A stretch of DNA of 64,000 bases from contig VRMN01000006.1 of NCBI GenBank assembly GCA_008690995.1, positions 806,001 to 870,000 of the forward strand, given 5' to 3'. The stretch is from Porphyridium purpureum. Lineage: Eukaryota. Below are positions 1-10,753 of this stretch, one piece after another (the stretch's first letter is position 1; each line of letters opens with the position of its first letter). The position numbers were made by a program, and so were the translations under genes. A model generated the notes under the pieces. It searched no databases. It was not told where the DNA came from and saw only the letters and a program-made list of their open reading frames with translations.

Positions 1-2
1 CC

Positions 3-278
3 CTCCTGCTCGTGGCGGTGCTGCTGGTCGAAAAGTGCTACAACGACCGCTGCAAGCTCGTCAATACGTTTGCTCGAGCGGGCGGGCTCGACGCCCGGCA
101 GCTGTGCCACCTCGAAATGACCATGCTGGTTTCGCTCAACTTTCGGCTCGGTATTACGCGCCAGGTGTTTGAGGAATACGAGGCAAAGCTGCTTGAGCAG
201 GGGCAGGCAAGCGAGCTGGAGCCCTCACTAGCCCACGGTTTGTCGCAGTACAACGCAAGCTCTTGCACAAGTCTTTAA
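3..278 (+). CDS. Cyclin P/U (PHO80-like) family protein, 3' fragment (start lies outside the window)
   Basis: Frame is open from the window edge. LLLVAVLLVEKCYND...FARAGGL...LCHLEMTMLVSLNFRLGIT matches the PHO80/cyclin-U cyclin-box C-terminal pattern. Stop TAA at 276-278. Confidence 0.75.
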   Translation, partial: LLLVAVLLVEKCYNDRCKLVNTFARAGGLDARQLCHLEMTMLVSLNFRLGITRQVFEEYEAKLLEQGQASELEPSLAHGLSQYNASSCTSL

Positions 279-555
279 ATTTCAGCCTAACTTTGGTCTC
301 GCGGTCGTTTGGTGTGGATAAAGTTATGCGCTCTTGCGCTATTTTGTACCTCGTGCGCCACCAGCCGTGCACCTAGCCTTCTCTTCGTCGCTCTTTGCTG
401 CGTCACGGTGTCAGAGCTTCGAGCCCTGCCGACAAGGAAAGGAAGATGTGATGCGTGGGTGTGCGTGTTCGTTTGGACAAATGCAAGCGCGTGCAAGCTT
501 TCCACAGGTATCATTTAAATAACTCCATCATGTTAATTACTTTTTTTTTTTTCTC

Positions 556-2586
556 TCACGAGGCGGATCCCCACGGCATTGAGAACGCCCGCTTCACACC
601 GTCCAGGCTCGACTTTGTCAACCTCGACGCACGTAGACTCAGTCTGCTTTGCCGAAGACCGTTGCTTTTGCGCAAGCCACCACGACTCGAGCGCAGCTCC
701 GGGTTCGGCGCCGTGTCGCTTCGCTTGGGGGAGATCGTGGCCAGCGGCTCCTCGCCCACCTTTTCCTCGGGCTTGAAGTTGACGGTTCTCGAAGCGACCG
801 CGGGCATGCGTGACGATGCCGAGTCGCCCCTGTAAAACTGCTTTGTGCGGTTGCTGTGTATCTGCCGGTGGTTCTCTGCGGTGCGCGTGTAATTGAGATT
901 CGACAGCACGAACCGATCCGGCGGCGATTCGCAATCACGCACGACCATGTCGTCGGTGGTGATCCTATCAGGAAGCGCAGTGCCAAGCAGTACGCCGCCT
1001 TGCGCGATCTTGAACTCATACAGATTGCCTGGCGAGCGAATCCATTGGCTCTCGAGACACTGTGCAGCGCTCCACCGCTGCGCCGGATGCCCTACGAGTA
1101 AATTGTCCAGCAATTCGAGCGCCCCGGGCGATACACCCTCCAGCCCTTGCATGTTCCTGCGCTTGGCCAGCACCATACCATTCACCTCTGCGTGCGTGCG
1201 GCCCGGAAAGGGCATCGCGCCCGTGAGCAGCTGGTTCAGCACCACGCCTACGGACCACATGTCTGCGGCCGGCGTCGCGCGCTCGCGCAAGTCGAACCGA
1301 AAAAATTCTGGCGCGCAGTATCTCGGGTCCGGCAGGTCAAACGCCTTGTTGCCGAGCTTGCGGAGTGGGTCCTTCAGCTTGAGGCACTCAAAGTTGTCCA
1401 GCAACTGCAACATGTTGAACTCGCCGAGGAACACGCGGTCCCCGGAAACGTGAATGTTCATGGGATGAATGTTCCCGTGCACGCAGCCGCGTTCGTGCAA
1501 GTATGCTAGCGCTGAGAAGATCTGAGTAAACCATTTGCTCAGCAGCGCCTCGCTGGGCTCACAAGCACCTGAATGCGTCCTTGAATCAGCGCTGAAGCTT
1601 GAAAACCCGCGCGGGCCGCCCAAGGGCTTTGTTTGGGTGCGCCGGCGGCTGCGCTCAATCGACGCCTCGGACGAAACTTTCGACATGTGGCGCGCCATGG
1701 GCTGCTGGTCAGCACAGCTCTTGGGCGTCTCTGCCTTGGAAGGCAGCCGCGCTTCCCGGTCCAAGCGATTCGATGCGCCAGACAGCGTTGCCTCCAGCGG
1801 AGTGAGGCGCTGCTCCAGGGCGTCTGTGTCGTCTTCATGAGTTATTTCGGTGCCCATGCGGCGGAATAGCGCGTTGAGGATGTTTCGGTCGGTGCCCAGC
1901 TCGTACACGAAATACAGAGCGCGCGGCTCGGCGAAAAAGTACACCAGTTCCGCAAGGTTTGGATGTTGCGCGCTCCTCATCCGGTCCAGCTCCAGACGGA
2001 TACGCATCGAGTCACCGAGGGGTGGAAGAGGGTCCGAGTGCCCAGGTGCCTGCAGGCCGCCTGAGCCGTGCGAGGTGCCTTTCGGCGACGATATCTGCGA
2101 AACCATGCGACCTGGCGGGAGAAGCCCCGCTTCGTGCGCGGAAAGGTTTGGGCGCTTTCCGATGCGCTTGACCGCGAACTGCTTGCCCGACACAACCTGT
2201 GTGCATAAGAACACGTCGCCATACTTGCCGCTGCCGATTTGGTCCCCCATGCTGTACTCTGCGGCGAATTGGCGGCGATTCGCAAGCTCGAGACTTTGCA
2301 AGAATTTGAGCTGCACGTCGCGCGAGCCGCACACCACGCGCACCTCCATCTGATCGGGCACCTCGACCAGGACGACATCCGGATCGAGGCCGGTGATGAT
2401 GGCCTCGGACACATCGACACTCCACAGCGGCGGAGAGTCGGCGTCCTTGGCGCACGACAGAATCGTGTGCTGCACCCTTACGAGTCGCTGCTTCTTCAGC
2501 ACGGGGAACCTTCCCCGCTTCTCCTCCACCAGCACGTACGCCTCGCAAAAATTCATGACGTGCGACTCGAAGGCCTCGTAGCACAT
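556..2586 (-). CDS. CAMK-like protein kinase-fold protein, probable pseudokinase, with N-terminal PH-like region
   Basis: 676-aa ORF with GSGKYGDV loop, FAVK lysine, YCAPE and DMWSVGV. Catalytic loop reads VHGNIHPMN and the DFG position reads EFN. Confidence 0.85.
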   Translation of the reverse strand: MCYEAFESHVMNFCEAYVLVEEKRGRFPVLKKQRLVRVQHTILSCAKDADSPPLWSVDVSEAIITGLDPDVVLVEVPDQMEVRVVCGSRDVQLKFLQSLELANRRQFAAEYSMGDQIGSGKYGDVFLCTQVVSGKQFAVKRIGKRPNLSAHEAGLLPPGRMVSQISSPKGTSHGSGGLQAPGHSDPLPPLGDSMRIRLELDRMRSAQHPNLAELVYFFAEPRALYFVYELGTDRNILNALFRRMGTEITHEDDTDALEQRLTPLEATLSGASNRLDREARLPSKAETPKSCADQQPMARHMSKVSSEASIERSRRRTQTKPLGGPRGFSSFSADSRTHSGACEPSEALLSKWFTQIFSALAYLHERGCVHGNIHPMNIHVSGDRVFLGEFNMLQLLDNFECLKLKDPLRKLGNKAFDLPDPRYCAPEFFRFDLRERATPAADMWSVGVVLNQLLTGAMPFPGRTHAEVNGMVLAKRRNMQGLEGVSPGALELLDNLLVGHPAQRWSAAQCLESQWIRSPGNLYEFKIAQGGVLLGTALPDRITTDDMVVRDCESPPDRFVLSNLNYTRTAENHRQIHSNRTKQFYRGDSASSRMPAVASRTVNFKPEEKVGEEPLATISPKRSDTAPNPELRSSRGGLRKSNGLRQSRLSLRASRLTKSSLDGVKRAFSMPWGSAS

Positions 2587-3998
2587 CGCGCGGCACGACG
2601 TCCTTGTGCCCTGTTCCGCGTCTACCGGCGCAGCGACTCGTTTCTGGCGTCAGACCCACAGAAACCCCCTCCCTTCGCACAACCGAGCCTTCTTCTCGCG
2701 CCACGGCCCACAGCGCCAATCTGGACAGAGACCGAGCAGCAACGCTCCGAGCCACGCCCGCAACGCGCAACCCACGCCTGTATGGCGCTCCCCACCTGCG
2801 GCAGGCAATCTGTGTGCCGCGCAGCCGACCCAATCTCCGCGACGCGAATCGAACGACCGAACCGCGACTCAGTGCGCACCTGCCACACCAACTTGCCCGC
2901 AATCCAGAATCAGTGCTTCCCGGCGCAGTCGACCATTATCCCCTTTGCACCGGATTCAGCGCGCACACCCCGTCTCCTCACGCCGCGCACCCATCCGTGC
3001 AGCTCGAGGTGACAATCCATCGCCCCCACCTGCTCCTTTCTGTATCCATGTGCGTATATCTGTACGTGTATATGTCACACCTGTCCACGCGACATGTTGA
3101 ATTCTAAACACCACCAAGAAACCACAACAACCGTCTCTCTCACACACACACACGTGCACGCGACCTGCACGACCGACCACTTGGCGAGCACGCACACGTT
3201 GCGTCCCAATCACCCAATGACCGCAATGAATCCCACCCATCCCCACAATCAGAAATCACACAAACCCGCGTTTTGAATCTGTCCGCGCGTTCACACACAA
3301 AAACCCTCGGGTGGTTGCCGATCGTTTTCCTCATGTTCTCTTCATACACAAAGAGAAAGAGAGAGGGGTGTTTTTTTGGGTTACTTCCGATTCACTACCC
3401 TACCCCAAAAAATAATAAAATAACCACGCCGCTATAAATAGACACAGACACTACTAACTTTATCGGCAACGTTGATACAAACTCCATAGGTCTGAATGCG
3501 CAGACTACATATAAACGCTCTAATAAAACAGAGAAAACAACAGAGACAAAGAGAGACGATTAGGGGCGTGGTTTGTGTGTGTAAGAGTAAGATATAATAA
3601 AGCGTGTGGGTTTTGTATAGTTCATGTTTGTCAAGGGTGGGCGGGTGGGTGGGGATGTTTGACTTGACAGGACTCGGAGGGAGAGAGAGGGAGAAACGGT
3701 GTGTGGGTGTGTGGGTGGGCCAGAATTCAAAAACCAGGATGCACGGCTCGTGGAGAAAACGCGCACGTTTGGAACAGCTGGAAACAGGCGCGCTCGGTAC
3801 TTGACAATTACACACACACACGTGGCTGAGCTCAATGAACAGCCGCCGCACGAAAGGTGGGTACGGTGGGAGGTACAGTGGTACGGAGCAGGCGTGCGGG
3901 CTGGGAGGGGGTTGGGATGGCCATGGAATGGGGCATGCTGCGGCGCGGGAAGGAGCGCCAGGTGGGGGAGAGGGGAGAGGGGGGAGAGAGGGAGAAAG

Positions 3999-4817
3999 AT
4001 GGGGATGATGGAGATGATGGGAGTGGTGAGAATAGGACGCGCGGCGGCGATGAGGGTTGGGGTGGGGGTGATGAGGCGGTTGGTGTATGAGCGGGTGGGA
4101 TGCGCGGCGGCGATGGGTGGTGCGTGGCCGGGCGTCATGCAAGCGAGGCGCGTGCCGCCGCCAAGTGCCGCCGCAGCGGCTGGAATGCAGCTGCGAATGG
4201 TCGCGCACACGACGGTTGCGCAGCAGGGTCTGGGAATCGCAGACAAGGTGATGAATTACTTTTCGAGGTCGAATGACGCGCAGCAGAGGGAGCGCATGCA
4301 GAGCTTGTACGATAGCTTCTTTGAAATCTGGACGGACCCGCGCGTGAAGAAGGTGCTGCCCGAGCACATCGCTCAGATCTACGACAAGGTGCTCATCGAA
4401 TCTGGCGCCGGTGGCTGGAGGGAAAAGCTGCCGTGGGTCAAGAGCAACGAGGAGCTCGAGCAAGTGCGCAAGCAGGTCAACTTCTTTCGCGCGCTGCCCG
4501 GCAACTACATTGTTCGGGACCTCGGGCGCGCGCGGATGTTCCGAGAAGTGGCCAAGTCGGTCGGCCTTTTTGACGGGTCCGAGCAAGCTGCCATCTCCCT
4601 TCTCTGGCAAGCGCGCGTCGCCCACCAGATCATTCGGTATCGCATGAAGATGGACTATCCGTTGCCGCGCACATACGACGAACTGCAGCGGCTCATGGTC
4701 ACGCACCGATACGGCGTGCGAAGGTTCACTCTGGAACAGGGACAGATTCAAAGACCGCCGTACAGGAAAAACGACAGAAAACAGATGATGACTCGCCTGC
4801 TCCGCTTGCGTCCATAA
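3999..4817 (+). CDS. Uncharacterised protein with mitochondrial-type N-terminus; possible stand-alone SRP54/Ffh M-domain-like protein
   Basis: First in-frame ATG at 3999, coding-like GC3 bias, Arg/Ala/Met-rich N-terminus, helical core GGWREKLPWVKSNEELEQVRKQV...EVAKSVG...PLPRTYDEL. Confidence 0.65.
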   Translation: MGMMEMMGVVRIGRAAAMRVGVGVMRRLVYERVGCAAAMGGAWPGVMQARRVPPPSAAAAAGMQLRMVAHTTVAQQGLGIADKVMNYFSRSNDAQQRERMQSLYDSFFEIWTDPRVKKVLPEHIAQIYDKVLIESGAGGWREKLPWVKSNEELEQVRKQVNFFRALPGNYIVRDLGRARMFREVAKSVGLFDGSEQAAISLLWQARVAHQIIRYRMKMDYPLPRTYDELQRLMVTHRYGVRRFTLEQGQIQRPPYRKNDRKQMMTRLLRLRP

Positions 4818-5066
4818 CTGTTCTCCGGGTGGTGCATGTCAAAGTGCCGGCGCCCTTGCTCCCGCGTTGTCCAATAGTGCGTTGAGGAATTAGCGGTATT
4901 CGTTTGCATAGTGCGATAAGAATCGAGCCCGCTTGTACAAATCCAGTCACGGAAACACACACACACACACACACATACAAAAGAAAGGGAAGACTGAGAG
5001 ACAAAAGAAGCATTGCACAATTCTAGTCGCTATGCATGTGGCTCATTAATGTGCCACTTGTTTTTG

Positions 5067-6275
5067 CTAATCAATTCCGGCCAGCTCCTTTTCGAGATTT
5101 GAAATATCAGCAAGCTCCTCCAGCTCCAGCTCACCCGGAAACAGCTCACCACTGATCTCCCATGTGGGGTATCCGGGCACTTTCTTTTCCTGGCACAGCT
5201 TGTTCTGTGAGTTGAAGCCCTTCTTGTCACACTCAATGTACTTGATGTAGGCAAACGCCTCCTTGCCGAGCGCCTGTTTTTGGCTGTAGCAATGGCTACA
5301 CCAATAGGCGCCAAACATCTTGGCGTCCTGCGACTCGAGCTGCTTCGCAAGTCGCAACGCAAAATCAGTCGATGTCGTGCTGATTTGCGGCGGCTCAAAG
5401 CCTTCTGACTGCGCAGCGGCGCCCGGCGGGCGGGCAGAAATCATTGCCTCATTGTCCATCGTATCCAGATCTGCCGTGATAAAAAGAAACAGTGCCAGCA
5501 CAGAAGCGCCGAGAAACGAGTAGGCGCCAGGCATAAGCGACGCTTCTTCGTCCAGCTTGGTCAGAAAGATCGAGCCGATGCACAGCGCAAACGTGAGCAA
5601 GGCAGAGACTACACAGTATTGGCAGAACGCGTGCAGCTCAAACGCCATGATGCCAACGTTGTACAAAGATATCGCCGCCATGCCGCTCGAGAGCACCAAC
5701 ACGGCCTGCCGGGTCTCCATATCGCGGAGCATCGAATCCTCTCGGTCAGCAGGCAGCAAATAAGGATACAAGGCAACAAACGTGAACACCAAAAACGACG
5801 ACAGACCAAAGAGCGCCAGCGGAATGCCTGAAATATCAGAGTACGCAGAGTTGAGAACCGTCCGGCAACCTTCTGTCGGGCAGAACGACGCAATGGGGTC
5901 GAGAAGCTCCTTGACGCTCAGGAATGACGTCTCAACGACTCCGGCGAGCCCAAAGATACCCAGCAGCTTGCGCGCCGCGCCTGCGGACTCGACCGGCATT
6001 GTGCGCTGATCGGACGTTTCGTCCTCCTGGTTCCTCCGTGCCATCATGGAAGTCGTCAACGAGCGCGGGACGCGGGACGCCGAAGCGCTTCGACCAGTCG
6101 GCCGCTTCACCCTCCTCCCATCTTCAGCAGCGCGATGTCGCGCGGCATCGCAAGTCGCGCAAACGCGGAACGACGTCTGCGAGCGCAACGACACCGGTGT
6201 GCCACACGCCGCACTGCTCAGAAAGGCAGCCGCAGGTTTTGGCGGTGCGGCCTTGGCACGCGCGTATACCTGCAT
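5067..6275 (-). CDS. LTO1: Plastid VKOR-thioredoxin fusion (lumen thiol oxidoreductase LTO1-like)
   Basis: VKOR motifs CPTEGCRTVLNS and CQYC, followed by Trx-like MFGAYWCSHC and IEC...C...VPGYPTW. Transit-like N-terminus MQVY...AAAFLSS. Start ATG inferred. Confidence 0.9.
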   Translation of the reverse strand: MQVYARAKAAPPKPAAAFLSSAACGTPVSLRSQTSFRVCATCDAARHRAAEDGRRVKRPTGRSASASRVPRSLTTSMMARRNQEDETSDQRTMPVESAGAARKLLGIFGLAGVVETSFLSVKELLDPIASFCPTEGCRTVLNSAYSDISGIPLALFGLSSFLVFTFVALYPYLLPADREDSMLRDMETRQAVLVLSSGMAAISLYNVGIMAFELHAFCQYCVVSALLTFALCIGSIFLTKLDEEASLMPGAYSFLGASVLALFLFITADLDTMDNEAMISARPPGAAAQSEGFEPPQISTTSTDFALRLAKQLESQDAKMFGAYWCSHCYSQKQALGKEAFAYIKYIECDKKGFNSQNKLCQEKKVPGYPTWEISGELFPGELELEELADISNLEKELAGID

Positions 6276-6860
6276 GTGGGTGCGCGCGTGCGTGTGTATG
6301 CCTGCCCGGTCGTACGGCATACGCGCTGTATTTTGCGAGCCGCTCGACCTCGTGCAGGTTCCGTGCTCGACCAGCGTCTGAGCTCCTGAGTTAGGGTTTA
6401 GCTTAGGGTAGCCGGATTGATGGGCGTCGAGTCGCTCGGGACTGGGACGTGGCTGGATGGACGAACAGAGCCCCGCACAGACTGCGACTGGCAGCACAAA
6501 GTACGCCCGCACCGAGGTTGCGCGCAACGCGTTTGACCATGCCAAACTGAACAAGCTCAGTTGACACGGAGCCAGCGAACATTAATTAACAACTAATCAT
6601 CAAGGATGTTTACGAACTTGGACACAGTACATCAGATATCAGCTACCCATCGTATGCGTGGAACGCTCGTGGCAAGGTCTCGCCAGGTCTCCCATCGCGG
6701 CGCCGCGTCACATGAGCAGCTTCTGGGGAGCTACTCTTGCAGATCACACGGTGCGAAGAATCAGGAGAGATTGACCCTGACGCACCACGCGCAACCCACA
6801 ACGCGACCGCCGTTGGTCCAATCGACCCTTGCGCGTCTTGCCGTTCCGCACGACAGACAC

Positions 6861-7511
6861 TTAATAAATTCGCTTGGCCTTGCCCATGGTGCTCTTCAGA
6901 TGCAGCGACTTGACGTTCTGCCAGTGCTTCTTCAGCAAGCTCACCAGAAAGTTGACGGCAAGCATGACATTGGCTGTGACCTCGTCCTGCCCCATTTCGA
7001 CGTTTCCGACCGCGGTAGCCATGCACAGCACCTTCTTCAACTGGAACTTGATGGTGGCCTGAACTTCTTCCACCGCGCCGGTGATTTCGCCGCCCGGCGG
7101 CAGCAGGGACGGGAACTTACCGGCCTTGTTCAGCCCGGGGCCCAGGATACGCGGAATGGTCTTGATGAGACTTTCGGACGCCAGGAACGCGGCGTACTGC
7201 TGCGCAAACTTCTTGATGGGCTTCTTTTGCTTGTTGAACTTTTTGAGCGCCTCGACGTCAAAGGCCGGCACGTTGAGCGCCTCGGCCTGCGTCTTTGTGG
7301 CCGCGTCGGCCAGGATGGCGACCTTCATCTTTGGGCGCGGGTTGTACGGCAGGCGCACGGTTCCCGCGAAACGCTTGTCCTTCTTGGTGTCATAGTTCTT
7401 CAGGCCGATCTGCAGCTCGATGGTCTCCGTGAAGTTTCGCTTCTTGTCGGTAGCCTCTTGGATGATCTCGCCGACTGCCGTGCGGACTGTTGCGGGTGGG
7501 AGCTTCGACAT
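6861..7511 (-). CDS. RPL10A: 60S ribosomal protein L10a (uL1)
   Basis: 216 aa. [35 protein letters not shown] and LKSTMGK are canonical eukaryotic uL1 motifs. Confidence 0.98.
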   Translation of the reverse strand: MSKLPPATVRTAVGEIIQEATDKKRNFTETIELQIGLKNYDTKKDKRFAGTVRLPYNPRPKMKVAILADAATKTQAEALNVPAFDVEALKKFNKQKKPIKKFAQQYAAFLASESLIKTIPRILGPGLNKAGKFPSLLPPGGEITGAVEEVQATIKFQLKKVLCMATAVGNVEMGQDEVTANVMLAVNFLVSLLKKHWQNVKSLHLKSTMGKAKRIY

Positions 7512-7936
7512 GGCGGCACTGCTGTGTCCGGTTTCTTTTCACGCGTGCACTCTGCTGCCCCTTTCTTGCTCGCGCCGCCTCTCTCCTACGTGCTTCCCTC
7601 TGCCGCACTAAGGCACCCACTTTTTCTACCAAACCCAACTAGGGTAGCGCGCATGACTAGAATGCCGCGAGTTTTGGTACAAACGCCCGAGCGCAGTCCC
7701 GCCGGCGGTCCAGCTGCCGCAGCAGCGCGGGTTATTTCGAGGGTTTGCCACAGTTAGAACGAGGGGGCCGGGTTCGCGGGGATTGTGTGCACTTGGGTGG
7801 GGTGGGGGCGGGGGGTGAAAGTGAGGGCCTCATCACAAATCGCCTATTTACTCACGGCCTGGTCCTCGAAACGGAAACGGGTGTGCGTGTGGCCGCGCCA
7901 ACGCTGCGCAGCCGTCTGCGGGTGATGTCGTGGCCA

Positions 7937-10033
7937 CTACAAGTTACTCGTGATCAGATCGTCCAGCAATGCCTTCACAGTCGTCTTGCGCGTCTCAGCC
8001 GCCTTGACCAACTTGGCGTGCGTTTCCTCGTCCATCGCGACCTTCTTCAGAACCCGCTTGCTGATCGCGCCCGGCGTGTACGAGGCCGCAAACGCCTCCA
8101 GCGCCTCCTTGCCGTATCGAGCACAGAACGTGCCGAACGGCTCATTGCGCTTCCTGTTCTGCGCAAAGCACGCAAACACAGGCTCGAGCACGCTCTCAAT
8201 GGCCGCGTCCTTGACCTTCTCCATGTACGGAAACGCCAGCTGCGTGGCGCCTGGCGTGCCTCCGAGCCACAACTGGTACATGAGCGGTCCGGAGCCCACA
8301 AAGCCAATCTCCGCCATGTACGGGCGCACGCAGCCATTCGGGCAGCCGGTCATGCGCATGATGATGTTGGTTCGCTTCAAACCCATCTTGTCCAGCAGAT
8401 TATCCACGCGATCCACCACCGAAGGAAAGTGTCGCTCCGCTTCAGTCACAGCCAACCCGCACAGCGGGAATGCCGGGCACGCCATCGCCGTGACGCGGTT
8501 TCTCGAGTATTCGTCTGGCATGGGGACGCCGTGGTCCTTGAGCACCTGGACGACCATGCCCTTGTGCTTCTGTTCAATGTCCTTGAGGATAATGTTTTGG
8601 TTCGGAGATACCACCATGTTGATGTCAAGCTCGTCCATCAGGTACCGAAGCGCGCGCTTCAGTTGGAACGAGCCTTCATTCTTGATGCGGCCATTCTCAA
8701 CAAAGAGCCCCATGAACCACTTGCCATCGCCCTGCTCGTGCCAGCCCATGAAATCCTCGTACTTCCAAGTCGGCAAGCTTCGCCATCTCGAGATACTTGC
8801 CCCATAGTAAGATTCGACCAGCTTGCGAAACTCGTCGATGCCGAGCTTGTCCACAAGGTACTTCATTCGCGCGTTCGGACGGTGTTCGCGGTTCCCGTGG
8901 TCGCGCTGTGTGGCCACAATGGCCTTGATCAAATCAAACACCTTGTCCTTCCTCACAAAGCCGAGGTGGTCGCCCGTGCGCGCAAATGTGTTCTCCTTGC
9001 CGTGCGTGCGCCCCATGCCGCCGCCTACTGTAACGTTAAAGCCTTGCAGCTCTCCCGCCGCGTTGCAAATCACTACCAGCCCTATGTCTTGCGTGTAAAT
9101 ATCGATCGAGTTGTCGCCGGGCACCGTGATGCCCACCTTGAACTTGCGCGGAAGATAGCGGTCACCATAGATGGGCTCTTCGTTATTCTTGATCACCACG
9201 CCTCGCTTGTTGTCCTTCTTGATGATCTTCTGCACTTCGTTCATGTCAATGTCCTTCTTCCAGTATTCGACAGACGCCGCCTTTTCTCCGTCCAGCCAGA
9301 TCTCCGCGAATGCGCCTGTTTGCGGGGCTAAAATCTCCGCAATATACTTTGCATACTCGCGCACGTACGTGTAGGGCGCAGTGGCAAACGGCGCAGGCGT
9401 TGCGACAACGTTCCGACTGATGTCTCCGCATGCGCCCATGGTACTACCTCCGGCGTTCATGATCTTGCCCAGCACCGTCTTCATGTTGCCCTTGAGCACA
9501 CCGTGCATCTGGAAGGCGCAGCGCGTGGTCGCGCGCAGAGTGTGGTTTCCATAGTCGTCACTGAGATCGTCCAGCATCTGGTACATTTGGCGAGGGAATT
9601 CGCCCGCGGGCATCTTCAGCCGGAGCATAAACTGCCAGTGCTTCGGCTGCCCGGGGCGCCGCAGCTCACGATTGTCCTGCTGGTACGAGCCGTGAAACTT
9701 CATCACCTGCATAGCATTCTCTGTAATGAACACTTCTTCGTTGCTCATCTCGTCGACCAGCGGATAGCGCAGGTGGTGCGATTCGAGCTTCAATGCCTCG
9801 ACCTTGCCCAACTTGGTGACCGCCTCGGTGCCGACCTCCTTATCCACGGAGGTCCGCTGCGGCCCCGTCGCGACCATTCTCACCTTTGGCGCCCCTCCGC
9901 TCGCCTGCGCGACATACAAGCCAGTCCCGCGCCTCCACTTCTTCCCAGCGCACACCAAGCTCTCCCCCGTGCGCGCGGCGCCCACACCCGCCCCGGCGCC
10001 CACAAACGCCGCCACGGTCGCCGAACCCTCCAT
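7937..10033 (-). CDS. SiR: Ferredoxin-dependent sulfite reductase, plastid-targeted
   Basis: KFHGSYQQDNR, ACGDISRN, YLPRKFK and siroheme/Fe-S ligands MACPAFPLCGLA and MTGCPNGC. Transit peptide MEGSATVAAFVG. Confidence 0.96.
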   Translation of the reverse strand: MEGSATVAAFVGAGAGVGAARTGESLVCAGKKWRRGTGLYVAQASGGAPKVRMVATGPQRTSVDKEVGTEAVTKLGKVEALKLESHHLRYPLVDEMSNEEVFITENAMQVMKFHGSYQQDNRELRRPGQPKHWQFMLRLKMPAGEFPRQMYQMLDDLSDDYGNHTLRATTRCAFQMHGVLKGNMKTVLGKIMNAGGSTMGACGDISRNVVATPAPFATAPYTYVREYAKYIAEILAPQTGAFAEIWLDGEKAASVEYWKKDIDMNEVQKIIKKDNKRGVVIKNNEEPIYGDRYLPRKFKVGITVPGDNSIDIYTQDIGLVVICNAAGELQGFNVTVGGGMGRTHGKENTFARTGDHLGFVRKDKVFDLIKAIVATQRDHGNREHRPNARMKYLVDKLGIDEFRKLVESYYGASISRWRSLPTWKYEDFMGWHEQGDGKWFMGLFVENGRIKNEGSFQLKRALRYLMDELDINMVVSPNQNIILKDIEQKHKGMVVQVLKDHGVPMPDEYSRNRVTAMACPAFPLCGLAVTEAERHFPSVVDRVDNLLDKMGLKRTNIIMRMTGCPNGCVRPYMAEIGFVGSGPLMYQLWLGGTPGATQLAFPYMEKVKDAAIESVLEPVFACFAQNRKRNEPFGTFCARYGKEALEAFAASYTPGAISKRVLKKVAMDEETHAKLVKAAETRKTTVKALLDDLITSNL

Positions 10034-10753
10034 GGCACACCCCGCACGTCCAATCCTCCTGCCCACCCCACCTGCGCACACTCCCGACACCCCAAGACCA
10101 CACAGTTCCCGACCCCCGTTCCCAATCCCACCACCCGACCCCCCTCGCTCTCTCTCTGTATCTAACCCCGCACCGTCCTCCTCTCCAACATACTCCGTTC
10201 CTCCAACTTGACTCCCCCTCTCACCCTTTTCTTTCTCCCTCCTTCTCCTCTTTCCATCTCGGGAGACGTTCCTCTCCTCGCTTACCTATCAAAATCACAG
10301 AACACACGTATTTTACTAGACATCCTCACTCCAACCGCGGAACCCACACAGCACGCACCGCCGGGGATCCACAGTCTCTCACCCGACAAAATCGAAGAAA
10401 ATCAGTGCCACTGAAATGCCGCATTGATTTGTAATTACCCATTATGCCCGCTCCGTCTCCTATGCCGTGAGCAACTGTACCCCTCCAAGTCGATGGGTGT
10501 AAGTGGGTTTCTACGAGAAAATATGTAGAGGCCTGTTCGCGATGCAACGCGGGGGGTGGACAGTGGATGTGTGAGCTGTACATACCGTGGATATCGGGGT
10601 GTACCTATGGTTTGGGGGGTACGGTTTGGTGAACGTGAAAGCCGCAGCGCCCATTTTTGGGTGGGAGTGAAGGGAGAGGGAGAGGGGTAAGGGGGGAAAC
10701 GGAGAGGAGGGGGAAAGGAGAAGGGAGCGGTGATACGGCGTGTATGCAGCACG

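Noticed and set aside
7745..9331. 528-aa + strand ORF antisense to sulfite reductase (similar shadows at 6606-7757, 3432-4751 and 53751-54953)
   Set aside because: Antisense shadow ORFs expected from high GC3 codon bias; no recognisable motifs.
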